Positions 9,389 to 19,833 are shown, numbered from the stretch's first letter. The stretch is 64,000 nucleotides of DNA from an uncultured Pseudomonadota bacterium (GCA_963795945.1 CAWCJN010000021.1:26319-90318); one strand, 5' to 3'. Translations and numbers: made by a program. Notes: generated by a model from the letters alone, not told the origin.

Positions 9389-10501
9389 TCAAACTTCGGA
9401 GATTCCGTACAGTGCGGCAGCGTTCTCGTACACCATCTTCAGAGTTTCATCCTCGGGTACATCGACGAAATCCTTCCTAATGCGTTCCATCGAAAAGGGG
9501 AAGGTACCCTCGGTATGCGGATAATCCGAGCCCCACATCAGCTTGTCAATATTCAGCAGGTGACGAGTCAGGATGCCGGGCCGATCATCTTCGAAAGTCG
9601 CCCAGAACTGACGCTGGAAATAGGCGCTCGGCGGCTCTTCGAGCTTCGGTTGCATCCACCGATGGTGGTCCTCCCACCAGTGATCCATGAAGCGCAATTG
9701 TGCGGCGATCCAGCCGATGCCGCCCTCGACGATTACGAAACGGAGCTTCGGAAAACGCTGCGGCACGGCAGACGTTATCAGCAGCGCGAGACTGCGCTGC
9801 ATCATGAACATCTTATTGTCGCAGACCTGCGCGTGCAGTGGGATGCCGGATTCGATCGCGAGCGGCTCGTCGTCGGCGCCGCTATGGACTCCGACTGGTA
9901 GATTCAATTCCTCGAGCGCCGCCCACATTTTGTTGTAAATCGGTTCATGGTAGGAGGGCTTGCGCTTGACTGCCGGAATCATTACTCCGCGCAATCCCAG
10001 CTTGGCGCAGCGCTGAGCCTCTTCGATTGCCCACTCGGCCGGCCCGCGCATCGGCAGCATCCCGCTGCCCAGCAAACGTTTCGGATCGCTCCCGCAGAAC
10101 TCGGCGAGCCAGTCATTGTAAACGCGGATGCATTCGCGCTGATAATCTGCGTCCGGAATCCCGAAGAGAGTCAGGCAGAGGCCGGGATAAACGACCTCGG
10201 CCCTTACATGATCGAGTCTTTGGTCAGCGATCCGTGCTTCCGGATTATAAGCGCCGGGACGAGTGTCTTCATGATGCCGCTCTTGGCCGCGCTCATCGAT
10301 GCCGCCTTTCGCTTTTTCACTGACCATTGGGCCGAATAACCCGATTGGCAGGCTGTTGAGGCCTTCAACCACCCAGCGATCGCCCTGCGCGCCGCGCTCG
10401 AAGTGCGGCGCACGATCGCGGAAACGTTGATCCATACGGGTCGTCCACAGGTCAGCGGGTTCGACCACATGAGAATCAGCCGAGATGAAGTTTTCAATCA
10501 T
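9389..10501 (-). CDS. Amidohydrolase family protein (Amidohydro_2)
   Basis: ISADSHVVEP, YNDWLAEFC, VEGGIGW, MWGSDYPH. Confidence 0.92.
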   Translation of the reverse strand: MIENFISADSHVVEPADLWTTRMDQRFRDRAPHFERGAQGDRWVVEGLNSLPIGLFGPMVSEKAKGGIDERGQERHHEDTRPGAYNPEARIADQRLDHVRAEVVYPGLCLTLFGIPDADYQRECIRVYNDWLAEFCGSDPKRLLGSGMLPMRGPAEWAIEEAQRCAKLGLRGVMIPAVKRKPSYHEPIYNKMWAALEELNLPVGVHSGADDEPLAIESGIPLHAQVCDNKMFMMQRSLALLITSAVPQRFPKLRFVIVEGGIGWIAAQLRFMDHWWEDHHRWMQPKLEEPPSAYFQRQFWATFEDDRPGILTRHLLNIDKLMWGSDYPHTEGTFPFSMERIRKDFVDVPEDETLKMVYENAAALYGISEV

Positions 10502-10524
10502 GGGCGTGGCTCCTCTAATCGTCT

Positions 10525-10854
10525 TTAATCTTCGGTCGGTACGAAGCGACGGGAATCGAAAGCGTCGGGAACTTCAGGCTGCCCGAAGAGCTCGACCGCC
10601 GGAGTAATCTCGGCCAGCGACAGGGTCAAATTCAGCAGGTTCTGCGCTTCGGGAGAAAGATGATCGAGCGGAAAGTCGTTGAGGTAAGCGAGGATTGCTT
10701 CAAGCCGTGACGCGACCGCATCGTATAGCGCGCGCAGCTCATCTATCGAGCTGGCAAGGCGCTGCGCGTGACGCTGGCTCTCCTTCGGCAGCGCCCAGGC
10801 AGCCGTGAAGGGTTCCAACTCGCGAAAGGCTTCCGGTAATCGCTTTGACTCCAC
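10525..10854 (-). CDS. Conserved small helical hypothetical protein associated with the Rieske oxygenase
   Basis: LP..F.ELEPF...WALP.E..R...RL.SS..EL..LYDA pattern; GAGGAAG RBS 15 nt after the Rieske gene stop. Confidence 0.8.
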   Translation of the reverse strand: MESKRLPEAFRELEPFTAAWALPKESQRHAQRLASSIDELRALYDAVASRLEAILAYLNDFPLDHLSPEAQNLLNLTLSLAEITPAVELFGQPEVPDAFDSRRFVPTED

Positions 10855-10869
10855 GCCGTAAACTCTTCC

Positions 10870-12090
10870 TCACGCGCTAATAAAGTCCTGTAGGACCTGA
10901 TTATCGTGCCGCAACAATAATTCTTCGTCTTGAAAGACGAAATGCTTCTTTGCGCCGGACGCCAACACCGTCTGCGTCTGCTCGAGGGTCGAACCGTCTT
11001 CCATGATCGTGTCGCGGAAGACGATGCGATTGTATTCGTTGGCGAAGCGTTGACCGGCGTTTGCGGGCTTCGGCAGATAAGCCCGAACCTCCCAGATTGT
11101 CCGATCCACCGCCAGCGGCCAGATGTTGTAGCTGAAATAGCCGGCGCTAGTCAGATCGAGAATGTAGTTCGGGAAAATGCCATTTATATCGATTACCCAG
11201 TTCGCCGCGCGCGTCGGATTAACCCCGATCGGTTGCTCGTGCTGCTCGAAGTCAGTACGAACGATAAACGAGCCGAACCGCGTTGCGATGCTTTCGACGG
11301 GCTTGGTCTCATAGGCGGCATTCGCCCCAAGCGACCATCGATGGTGCAGCGGGAAGAGCTTGAAATCCAGCGCATGGCTGAACGGATTATCGCGCCCGGT
11401 GAAGGAATCCCGCAGCGAGCGCCGATGCAAAAACGCGACGTGATAGGCTTCCTTGAAAGCGTCCTTGATCAGTTTCCAGTTGCATCGCAGTTCCGTGCGC
11501 CATTCGCAATACACCGCGCCGTTCTGAGCGAAAGGATAGCCCTGCAACTGCTCTGCCCATTCGCCCAAATACTCACTGAGGCTTTGTTCTGGATGCGGAC
11601 TAAGATTGATAAAAATGAACCCTTCCCAGACGTCCACTGCTACCGGGGTGAGACCCAGTTCTGACTTGTCGAGTTTGAAGAAGTTAGCCTCGTCCGGCAC
11701 TGAACTGAGGCTTCCATCAAGGCGGTAACTCCAGGCGTGAAAGCGGCACTTGAAGCCGCCGCATGAGCCTTTAGCCTCCCATACCACTTTGTTTGAACGA
11801 TGCGAGCAGACGTTGTGGAAGGCGTTAACCCGGCCCTCGCGATCGCGCACGATAATCACCGAGGTGTTGCAGACCGCGATATCCTTGACGAAAAAGTCGC
11901 CGGGATTGGCGACCTGCTCGACCCGTCCCACATTCAGCCAAGTGCGGCGAAAGACCCGCTCGCGCTCCAGCTCAAAGAATTCCGGCGAGATATATGGTTC
12001 GATCGGCACTGGCCCAGTCCCCAGCTCGGGATATTGATCGTGCCATTTGCCGCCGTTGCGATGCCCATTATTATTCGCAGACTTCTCCAT
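10870..12090 (-). CDS. Rieske non-heme iron oxygenase, alpha subunit
   Basis: NVCSHR..CRFHAWSY Rieske ligands; NWKL...EAYHVAFLH and ED mononuclear Fe site. Confidence 0.93.
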   Translation of the reverse strand: MEKSANNNGHRNGGKWHDQYPELGTGPVPIEPYISPEFFELERERVFRRTWLNVGRVEQVANPGDFFVKDIAVCNTSVIIVRDREGRVNAFHNVCSHRSNKVVWEAKGSCGGFKCRFHAWSYRLDGSLSSVPDEANFFKLDKSELGLTPVAVDVWEGFIFINLSPHPEQSLSEYLGEWAEQLQGYPFAQNGAVYCEWRTELRCNWKLIKDAFKEAYHVAFLHRRSLRDSFTGRDNPFSHALDFKLFPLHHRWSLGANAAYETKPVESIATRFGSFIVRTDFEQHEQPIGVNPTRAANWVIDINGIFPNYILDLTSAGYFSYNIWPLAVDRTIWEVRAYLPKPANAGQRFANEYNRIVFRDTIMEDGSTLEQTQTVLASGAKKHFVFQDEELLLRHDNQVLQDFISA

Positions 12091-12123
12091 CCGACTAACC
12101 TCAGAGTGATACTACGAATCTAG

Positions 12124-13005
12124 TTACAGCGTGCGATTGCGTTCGACGACCGGTGCAAAACGCTTGATCAATTCGAGCGCCTTACCGTTGGCGGTCGCCG
12201 CGACGGTATTCTGCGAGAGCAGCACGATGCGCTCGGCGCCCGCGTCGCGCCATCGCTTGAGGTCGTCGCTCGACGGGCCATTTTCGCCGGGATCGACCAG
12301 CGGTGAGATTTGCACCGCAGTCTCAGACCGACCGCGCTCTTTCAGCAGCTTCTTGATCGTCGCGACGTCGCGTTTCAACTCGGCCGGGTCCTGCACCAGC
12401 GGCATCCATCCGTCATAGCTGCGGGCGACGCGTTCTAAAGCTTTGGGCCCATGCGCGCCGAGAATTACCGGCGGACCCGATTTCTGCACCGGACGCGGCT
12501 CGCAGCGCAGATTCACGAAGCGCACCAACTCCCCTTCGTAAGAAGCGGTGCCCTTGCTCCACAGCAGTTTCATCGCTTCTATACTCTCGCGCGTGCGCTT
12601 CCATCGCGAGCCGAAATTGGCGCCCATCGCCTCGGTCTCTTCGCGCAGCCATCCCGCGCCGATCCCGAACAGAAAGCGTCCATTCGACAGCAAGTCGAGG
12701 CTCGCGGCGGCTTTGGCCGTAATCAACGTCTCGCGCTCCGGAATCAGGCAGATGCCGGTGCCGAGCTTGATTTTCTTGGTTACTGCTGCGGCCGCAGCTA
12801 GTCCGATAAATGGGTCGGCCCAGCGCCCATAATGATCAGGCAGCTTGCCGTCGGATGTGAAGGGAAAGACGGTTTTCATCCCGACCGGGATCACCGGATG
12901 CTCGGGAATCCACAGTGAGTCGAAACCCGCCGCCTCGGTCGCGCGCGCGATCTCGGTGATATCGCCGCCTTCCGCCGTCATCACCGCCAGAAAACCGATT
13001 TCCAT
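12124..13005 (-). CDS. LLM class, probable F420-dependent oxidoreductase (Rv2161c-like)
   Basis: GFDSLWIPEHPVIP, DPFIGL, LGTGICL, GIGAGWLREE. Confidence 0.9.
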   Translation of the reverse strand: MEIGFLAVMTAEGGDITEIARATEAAGFDSLWIPEHPVIPVGMKTVFPFTSDGKLPDHYGRWADPFIGLAAAAAVTKKIKLGTGICLIPERETLITAKAAASLDLLSNGRFLFGIGAGWLREETEAMGANFGSRWKRTRESIEAMKLLWSKGTASYEGELVRFVNLRCEPRPVQKSGPPVILGAHGPKALERVARSYDGWMPLVQDPAELKRDVATIKKLLKERGRSETAVQISPLVDPGENGPSSDDLKRWRDAGAERIVLLSQNTVAATANGKALELIKRFAPVVERNRTL

Positions 13006-13178
13006 ATCGTCAACTCCTTCAGGCGCCGGCTCTTCCGGCGGTCAATCATGCCGCATCATCGCCGATCCGGCACCCGGGTTTCAAATGCTCGCGAGTTGCG
13101 CCGGCGAGTTGACGAAGAAAACATGGTTGCTCCGGTTCGCATCCGAGATTATTAAAGTCTGCAAGGGAATCGCCCATC

Positions 13179-14513
13179 ATGTCTTCGGAGCATTTCGAGC
13201 CGCTCGCTTCCTCTGCGCCGCTGATCGTCTATGTGGACTACAAAAGCCCGTATGCGTACCTCGCGATTGCGCCGACGTATGCGATGGCGGAGGAGCTTGG
13301 CATCGAGATTGATTGGCGGCCGTTCACCCTCGACATTTCGAGCTATCTCGGCTCAGCGCGGCTCAACCAGGCGGGCAAGGTGGTCGAGGAAAAACGCTCG
13401 CCTGGCCAGTGGGCGCGGGTCAAGTACGCCTATTACGACGTGAGGCGGTACGGAGCTTTGCGCGGCCTGATCATCCGGAGCGCGGTCATGATGTGGGACT
13501 CGTCACTGGCGGGGATCGGCATGATGTGGGCCAAGGCGCAAAGCCCCGCTGCATTGCGGGCTTACTCCGCCCTCGTGTACGAGCGGTTCTGGAAACGCGA
13601 GCTCGACCTCGAAGACGCCGGGGTCATCGAGGGAGTGCTTCGCGAGGCCGACGTGGGTACAATGGGCTTTCGGGATTATGCGGCAGGCGAGGGCCGCACG
13701 CTTTACAATAATCTTCAGCGAGCGGCTTTCGACGCGGGAATCTTCGGCGTGCCGACTTACGTAATTGATGGTGAAATATTCTTCGGTCGCGAACATCTAC
13801 CGCGAATCCGATGGATGCTCACGGGTCGTTCCGGCGCGCCGCCGGACATTACGTACCCGATACCTCTGGCCGATAGCGCGGCGACCCGCGCGATTACTGG
13901 GGGCCGACTCTCGGTCGTAATCGACTTCAAGAGTCCGCAAGCATATCTCGCAATCGCACCGGTCTGCGCTTTGGCAGATGAACTCGGAATTTCGATCGAT
14001 TGGCGGCCGTTTATCGTCACGCCGTCGAAAATTGCGGCGTCAGCTTCCGGCGATGACCGCGGCGCGCGCCATCGACGGATTCGCGCCGATTACCTTGACC
14101 GCGATATTGCTCGCTATGCCACCGATCGCGGTCTGGCAATGGGCCGACTGCATCGGTGTCAAGATTCAACGCTGGCTGCGATTGGTCTGTTATGGGCGCG
14201 AAGGCAGAATCCGTCGCTCGCGCAGGCGTACGTAGGACGCGTCTTCAAGGACTACTGGGAAGAGGGGCTGGCGATCGAGGACGAGCGCGCGATAGGAGCG
14301 TTATTCGCCGAGCTTAAGGGAGACGCGGCCGGCTTCGAGGCATTCGCCAGCGGTGAGGGCCGGAACGAACTCGCGCGAATTCAAGCGGAGCTCCGCGACC
14401 GGGGAGTATTCGACGTCCCGACGTATATTCTGGACGACGACATATTTTTCGGACGGCAGCATCTGTCATTGCTGCGTTCACGGCTGATGGGCCTGAGTCA
14501 GCCGTCCTTTTAG
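13179..14513 (+). CDS. Tandem DsbA-like / HCCA isomerase (kappa GST) two-domain protein
   Basis: Two copies of D(Y/F)KSP.AYLA ... G(I/V)F(G/D)VPTY....IFFGR.HL. Confidence 0.85.
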   Translation: MSSEHFEPLASSAPLIVYVDYKSPYAYLAIAPTYAMAEELGIEIDWRPFTLDISSYLGSARLNQAGKVVEEKRSPGQWARVKYAYYDVRRYGALRGLIIRSAVMMWDSSLAGIGMMWAKAQSPAALRAYSALVYERFWKRELDLEDAGVIEGVLREADVGTMGFRDYAAGEGRTLYNNLQRAAFDAGIFGVPTYVIDGEIFFGREHLPRIRWMLTGRSGAPPDITYPIPLADSAATRAITGGRLSVVIDFKSPQAYLAIAPVCALADELGISIDWRPFIVTPSKIAASASGDDRGARHRRIRADYLDRDIARYATDRGLAMGRLHRCQDSTLAAIGLLWARRQNPSLAQAYVGRVFKDYWEEGLAIEDERAIGALFAELKGDAAGFEAFASGEGRNELARIQAELRDRGVFDVPTYILDDDIFFGRQHLSLLRSRLMGLSQPSF

Positions 14514-14704
14514 GGAACCTTTCGTACAGCCAATTTGTCATCCTGAGCCGGCAGTCTACCCTGAGGCCCTCGAAGGAAGTAACGCGAACACTAGCGAAGC
14601 GCGTCCTCGCGCGGAGCGAGCAGGCGAGTCTGCGAGCTGCGTCAGGAATCTGTCGAAGGACCTCCGCGCAGCGATTCTCAGGAATTCACTCATGTAGGAC
14701 CTTC
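14514..14704. repeat. Degenerate, enlarged copy of the MITE at 46313-46421 (inverted orientation)
   Basis: Shares TAG-GGAACCT, ATTTGTCATCCTGAGCCGG, GTCGAAGGACC and AGCGATTCT..GAATTC with the reverse complement of the 46.3-kb copy. Confidence 0.75.
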
Positions 14705-14715
14705 GTGAGCTTTCA

Positions 14716-15189
14716 TTATAGATCAATCTTCAAATCTTTGGGCCGACCGGTTTCCCACGTGACCATCAAGGTGTACTTCGGCACTTTCCAGCCGTCGCCA
14801 CTGCGACTCAGATGAAATTCATAGTAACCGCCCAAATCCCAGATCGCTTGTGACGGTTTGTCCGACGGCGGCATGTGGCGCGCGTACATATAGCTAAGGC
14901 AGGTCGCCGCGTCGCCGTTGACCTCGATATGATAGTCAGTGAGAAAATGCTGAGTAACCGAGAAGCTGGTGATGACCTGCTCGACCAGATGCGCAAAATG
15001 ATCGGCCTTGACGGTCTGGCGTGGACGATTCGCCTGACGCGTAGTCGTTAGCAGCACGTCGATCTCGTCGGTGAAGATCGTGCGGAAGCCCTTCCAGTCG
15101 CGGGAGTCGATCGTGACCGGATAACGATTTACTGCCTCGCTGATTTGCGTGCGCTCGAACAGATATTGCAGCTTTTCCGAATCCGTCAT
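14716..15189 (-). CDS. SnoaL-like / NTF2 family protein (BaiE/LinA-like)
   Basis: RY...ID.RDW..F..IF.D, TQH.L....IEV.GD.A...SY..A.H, GG.Y..GWK. Confidence 0.88.
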   Translation of the reverse strand: MTDSEKLQYLFERTQISEAVNRYPVTIDSRDWKGFRTIFTDEIDVLLTTTRQANRPRQTVKADHFAHLVEQVITSFSVTQHFLTDYHIEVNGDAATCLSYMYARHMPPSDKPSQAIWDLGGYYEFHLSRSGDGWKVPKYTLMVTWETGRPKDLKIDL

Positions 15190-15360
15190 GATGCGCCTCC
15201 AGAAGCCCTCGTGCTGACAGCGCGAACGCTACCACCGTTCGCGCGCAGCCATCAAACAGATTGCGCGAGCCAGCTATGGCGCTGGACACGCGACTAGGCT
15301 AATTCTCGCAGGGGTCATCACGGCAGCGCGTCGAGCGCGCCGGAACGGAGGAGCGAACCC

Positions 15361-16134
15361 ATGTCGATACGCTTGCGCCAGATTTGTCTGGTCGCTAACA
15401 AGCTCGCGCCGGTGCTCGAAGACTTTAAAGCTATTTTCGGACTCGAAGTCTGCTTCGTCGATAAAGCCGTCGCGACCTTCGGGCTGGAAAACTCACTGAT
15501 GCCGGTCGGCAGCAACTTTATCGAGGTCGTCTCGCCGATTAAGGACAACACCGCCGCCGGACGTTACCTGCAGCGCCGCAACGGTGACGGCGGCTACATG
15601 GTGATCTGCCAGTGCGATTCGCACGAAACACAATCAGCGCGCAAGGCCAAAGCCGCGTCGATGAATATCCGTATCGCCTGGGAGCACGAATCGAAAACCT
15701 TCCATGCTATGCAGCTTCATCCGGCGGATACCGGCGGCGCGTTCTTTGAGATCGATTGGGACGCGAAGGGCGAGCCTGAAGGTAGTTGGGAGCCGGCGGG
15801 CGGCGCTGGATGGCCCAAGGTCCGCCATGAGGACGTAGTCGAGGCCTATACCGCAGTCGAGTTGCAGTCGGCGGACCCCCGTGGACTGGCCGAGCGCTGG
15901 AGCAGTATCGTGGAAATCCCGCTGCGCAAGGATGCACGCGGACGCTTCGAGCTGCCGCTCGACAACGCGAGTATCCGTTTCGTCGAGGCGACCGATGGAC
16001 GCGGCGAAGGGCTCGCTGGAGTTGATATTAAGACGGTCGATCGCAAACGCATTCTCGAGGCCGCGAAGCATCGCAATTGCCGCGTGGCTGATGATCAAGT
16101 AGTAGTCAGCGGAACTCGCTTCTATCTGGTGTAA
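15361..16134 (+). CDS. VOC / glyoxalase-like protein
   Basis: RLRQICLVA, FGLEN, FIEVVSP, AAGRYL.RR.GDGGYMVI, QLHP.DTGG. Confidence 0.85.
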   Translation: MSIRLRQICLVANKLAPVLEDFKAIFGLEVCFVDKAVATFGLENSLMPVGSNFIEVVSPIKDNTAAGRYLQRRNGDGGYMVICQCDSHETQSARKAKAASMNIRIAWEHESKTFHAMQLHPADTGGAFFEIDWDAKGEPEGSWEPAGGAGWPKVRHEDVVEAYTAVELQSADPRGLAERWSSIVEIPLRKDARGRFELPLDNASIRFVEATDGRGEGLAGVDIKTVDRKRILEAAKHRNCRVADDQVVVSGTRFYLV

Positions 16135-16140
16135 CTCATT

Positions 16141-17244
16141 ATGAAGGCGTTGATTGTCGGCGGTACCGGTCCTTCGGGGCCATTCTTAGCGAATGGATTG
16201 ATCGAGCGCGGTTACAAGGTCACGATTTTCCATCGCGGCACCCACGAAATTCCCGAGATCGTTCCTGAAGTCGATCATATCCACGGCGATCCGCATTTCC
16301 GCGAGACGATCGAGTCGGCACTCGGTGACCGCACCTTCGACGTCGTGATCGCGACCTACGGACGCATCCGCTTCGTGGCCGAGGCTCTGGCCGGCAAAAC
16401 CCCATGCTTCATCGCAATCGGCGGCGTGCCGAGTTATCGCGGTTATTTCGATCCTCTCGCGAACTTTCCGGCAGGGCTCAAGGTACCCGTACCCGAGGAT
16501 GCACCGCTGGTTCAGAGCGAGCAGGAGCAGCGCTTCTCGTGGCTGATCAAGAGTACCGAAGACGCGGTCCTGAGCACGCATCCGAACGGCGTTGTATATC
16601 GTTATCCGTACGTCTATGGACCATATCAGCTCGTCCCGCGCGAATGGTGCATCATCCGCCGAATTCTCGATAAGCGGCCGGCGATCTTACTGCCGGATGG
16701 CGGTCTTTCACTGATGACGCACGGCTATGCAGAAAATCTCGCGCACGGGGTACTGCTCGCGATTGATAATCCGAAAGCCGCCGCCGGACAGATCTACAAC
16801 TGCGGCGACGAGGAGCAGCTCTCGCTGCGGCAGGTGGTCGAGGTGATTTGCCGCGAACTGGGTCACAAGCTCGAAATCATCAGCGTTCCGGATTCGTTCG
16901 GCACTGCGGCGCGCGCGATTTCGATCGGCGGCAGCATCAATCACGCCATGATGGATCTATTCAAGATCAAGACGCAACTCGGCTACCGCGACGTCATCCC
17001 GGCGGTCGAAGCGATCGCGAAAACCTCGCATTGGTATGTCGAAAATCAGCCCGAACCGGGCGGCGAGATCGAGCAGCGCTTGCAGGACCCGTTCGACTAT
17101 GCAGCTGAGGATAAGCTGATCGAGATTCTGCGCGACGCGCGCGAGAAGGCGCAGGCGGTCGCCGCGCGCCAGATCGAACGAATCGCTCATCCGTATCCGC
17201 ACCCGAAGGAGCCGGGTTTGAAGCGCGACCATCGGAACCGGTAG
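16141..17244 (+). CDS. NAD-dependent epimerase/dehydratase family protein
   Basis: LIVGGTGPSG, VTIFHRG, RYPYVYGP, GQIYNCGD. Confidence 0.85.
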   Translation: MKALIVGGTGPSGPFLANGLIERGYKVTIFHRGTHEIPEIVPEVDHIHGDPHFRETIESALGDRTFDVVIATYGRIRFVAEALAGKTPCFIAIGGVPSYRGYFDPLANFPAGLKVPVPEDAPLVQSEQEQRFSWLIKSTEDAVLSTHPNGVVYRYPYVYGPYQLVPREWCIIRRILDKRPAILLPDGGLSLMTHGYAENLAHGVLLAIDNPKAAAGQIYNCGDEEQLSLRQVVEVICRELGHKLEIISVPDSFGTAARAISIGGSINHAMMDLFKIKTQLGYRDVIPAVEAIAKTSHWYVENQPEPGGEIEQRLQDPFDYAAEDKLIEILRDAREKAQAVAARQIERIAHPYPHPKEPGLKRDHRNR

Positions 17245-17365
17245 CGCTCACGCTAACTGAGCGCGGTTGCCGCACGGAGCGAGCCCACTCTCGCGTTTGA
17301 TTCCGAATCGTCGACGTTCGCGAGCAGACGGTTCGTCCGTCTGCGTCGAAAGAGGGCAAACTTAC

Positions 17366-18611
17366 CTAGTTCCTGCGCACGTTCCGGAAGGGACCGGTGT
17401 CGAACCGTGGCTCCTTCGGCAAGTCGAGCACGCGCTCGGCAATGATGTTGCGTTGAATCTCGTCAGTGCCTCCGGCGATAGACACCGCGGGAACTGAAAC
17501 CAGAATCTCCGCAATAATTCCCTCACGCGGGCTCTCGCGTCCCGTGAGCATTGCTTCCGCGCCGGTGATCATCGTATGGATACGGGCGGCAGCGCGAGCG
17601 ACATTGCTGGCGGCCAGCTTGCCGAGCGAGCCTTCCGGACCCTGAGGCCGCCCCTGCCGCTGGGCGGCGCGAGCCCGGCGTGCGGTCCACTCGGCGGACT
17701 TCGCCATGATCATCAACTTGGCTATTTCTTGGCGAACGCGAGGATCGCTGTTTGCGCCCGTCTCTTTGGCGCGCTCAATCACGAGATCTACGCGACCCGC
17801 GCGCTGCGGATACCATCGATACGGTTGGTTGGCCTTTTCGAGCTCCGCCCGCTCTTCGGCGTGGACACGGCCGACGCGGGTTCCGCGCTTTGAGGGGAGG
17901 GGCAAGTCCGTCAGCGCCGCGGCGCTCATGGGCCAAGGTCGTCATCGCGATCTTCCATCCATCACCGACGTTGCCAACCAGATTCTCGGCTGGAACAATC
18001 GCGTCGGTGAAGAACACCTGATTAAACGACGCATGACCATTCATCTGTTTGAGCGGCTGTACGTCAACGCCCGGCTGCCTGATGTCGATTACAAAGTAGG
18101 AGAGGCCCTCGTGCTTGGGCGCATCCCAATCAGTGCGAGCGAGCAACAGCCCGTGATCGGCATGGTGGGCGCTGGTCGTCCATACTTTTTGTCCGTTGAT
18201 TACCCAATGGTCGCCGTTCAATTCGGCGCGAGTGGTTGCGCCAGCGAGGTCAGAGCCGCTGCCGGGCTCGCTGAAGAGCTGGCACCATGCGTCTTCGCCC
18301 GTCAGGATACGGCGCAGAAACTTCTTTTTTTGCAGTTCCGAACCGTGTTCCAGCAGCGTCGCCGCGGCCAGCAATCGCACGCCCGATTTCGCGACGCCAA
18401 CCGCGCCGATGGCCGCGAATTCCTCCTCGACCACGCGCGCGAGGGCCACCGGCAGGCCGCGCCCATACCACTCGCGCGGCCATTGCGGCATCCCCCAGCC
18501 CGAATCGGCGAGCTTATTACGCCACGCCACCAGCGACATCTCGGAATCCCAGTTGGCCGCTAGCCAATCGCGTACTTCGGCGTGCACTTCGGTTTCACTG
18601 ACGTTGCTCAT
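17366..18611 (-). pseudogene. Acyl-CoA dehydrogenase with one frameshift (pseudogene or sequencing indel)
   Basis: N-part 18611-~17897 (WCQLFSEPGSGSDLA, NGQKVWT) and C-part to 17366 (SIAGGTDEIQRNII) join if one G of the run at 17894-17897 is removed. Confidence 0.8.
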
Positions 18612-18615
18612 TTGA

Positions 18616-19833
18616 TCAAACTCCCCAGCGTTGCATCAACAACTCTCGATGGTAACTCGGCTGACCGAGAAAGACCTCCGAGCTTTTGGCGCGCTTGAAC
18701 CACAGATGCGTATCGTTATCCCAGGTGAAACCGATGCCGCCGTGAATCTGAATACATTCGGCTGCGACATGCAGATATGTGTCTGACGCGGCAGCCTTGG
18801 CGAGACTGGCGAGCGCAGGCCACTCCGGATCGTCCACTGCGGCGGCTTGAGCAGCATAATAGGCGGCTGACTTGGCCAACTCCAATTCCAGCAGCAAGTC
18901 GGCGCATTTGTGCTTGATCGCCTGAAACGAACCGATTGGTCGTCCGAACTGGACACGCAGCTTCGTATAAGCCACGGCCGAGTCGAACAATCTTTGCGCG
19001 CCGCCAACCATCTCATTGGCGAGTGCGTCGGCCGCCTGATCGAGCGTACGGAGAAGCGGTTTCACATCATCTCTAGCGCCGAGCAGGTCCGCATGCGCAC
19101 CACGGAAATCGATGCGCGCGAGCTTGCGCGTCGGGTCCATCGCTTCCAGCAGCCGCCGCTCGACACCCGCCGCCGTTCCGTCCAGCGTGAACAGCCCGAT
19201 GCCCTCGTGTCCCGTCGTCCCAGGAAGTCGCGCGGCAACAATCAACAAATCCGCGAGATGCCCATCAATGACATAACTCTTGACTCCATCGAGCCGGTAT
19301 CCATCCGCGTCGGGAGTCGCGACGGTCTGTATTCCCGCGGGGTCCCAGTTCCCATCGGGCTCGGTGACTGCCAGCGCCGCCAGCCGTGACCCACCTGCAA
19401 GATCGGGCAGCAAGCTTGATTTCTGAGCCTCGGTCCCGGCGTTTAGAATAGCGTTAGCGGCGAGCACTGCCGTCGAAAAATATGGCCCGCAAAGCAACGC
19501 GCGGCCAAGTTCCTCCGTCACGATGCATAGCTCGACCATGCCGAATCCCGCGCCGCCATATTGCTCCGGTATGTGGATACCGGGCAGCGCAAGTTCCTCG
19601 CTCATTTGACGCCACACTGCGGGATCATAACCTTCGGCAGTCGCCATGAGGCGTCGAACCTCGGTGGTGGGAGACCGATCGTTCAGAAATCGCCGAATCG
19701 CCTCCCGGAACTGCTGCTGCTCATCCGTGAAGGCGAACCGGATGCGCGCGGATTCGACTCTCGATTCTTCTGATGTGCTCATCGTTTCTGCCGGATGCTC
19801 CGCCGCAAGTTGTGTCTGTGGTTCTAATGACAC
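18616..19833 (-). CDS. Acyl-CoA dehydrogenase family protein (partner subunit type)
   Basis: RVQFGRPIGSFQAIKH, IQIHGGIGFTW; tandem with the second ACAD, as in heteromeric FadE pairs. Confidence 0.92.
   Translation of the reverse strand: MSLEPQTQLAAEHPAETMSTSEESRVESARIRFAFTDEQQQFREAIRRFLNDRSPTTEVRRLMATAEGYDPAVWRQMSEELALPGIHIPEQYGGAGFGMVELCIVTEELGRALLCGPYFSTAVLAANAILNAGTEAQKSSLLPDLAGGSRLAALAVTEPDGNWDPAGIQTVATPDADGYRLDGVKSYVIDGHLADLLIVAARLPGTTGHEGIGLFTLDGTAAGVERRLLEAMDPTRKLARIDFRGAHADLLGARDDVKPLLRTLDQAADALANEMVGGAQRLFDSAVAYTKLRVQFGRPIGSFQAIKHKCADLLLELELAKSAAYYAAQAAAVDDPEWPALASLAKAAASDTYLHVAAECIQIHGGIGFTWDNDTHLWFKRAKSSEVFLGQPSYHRELLMQRWGV

Noticed and set aside
17706-18563. 285-aa plus-strand ORF
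   Set aside because: Antisense shadow of the acyl-CoA dehydrogenase, common in GC-rich DNA
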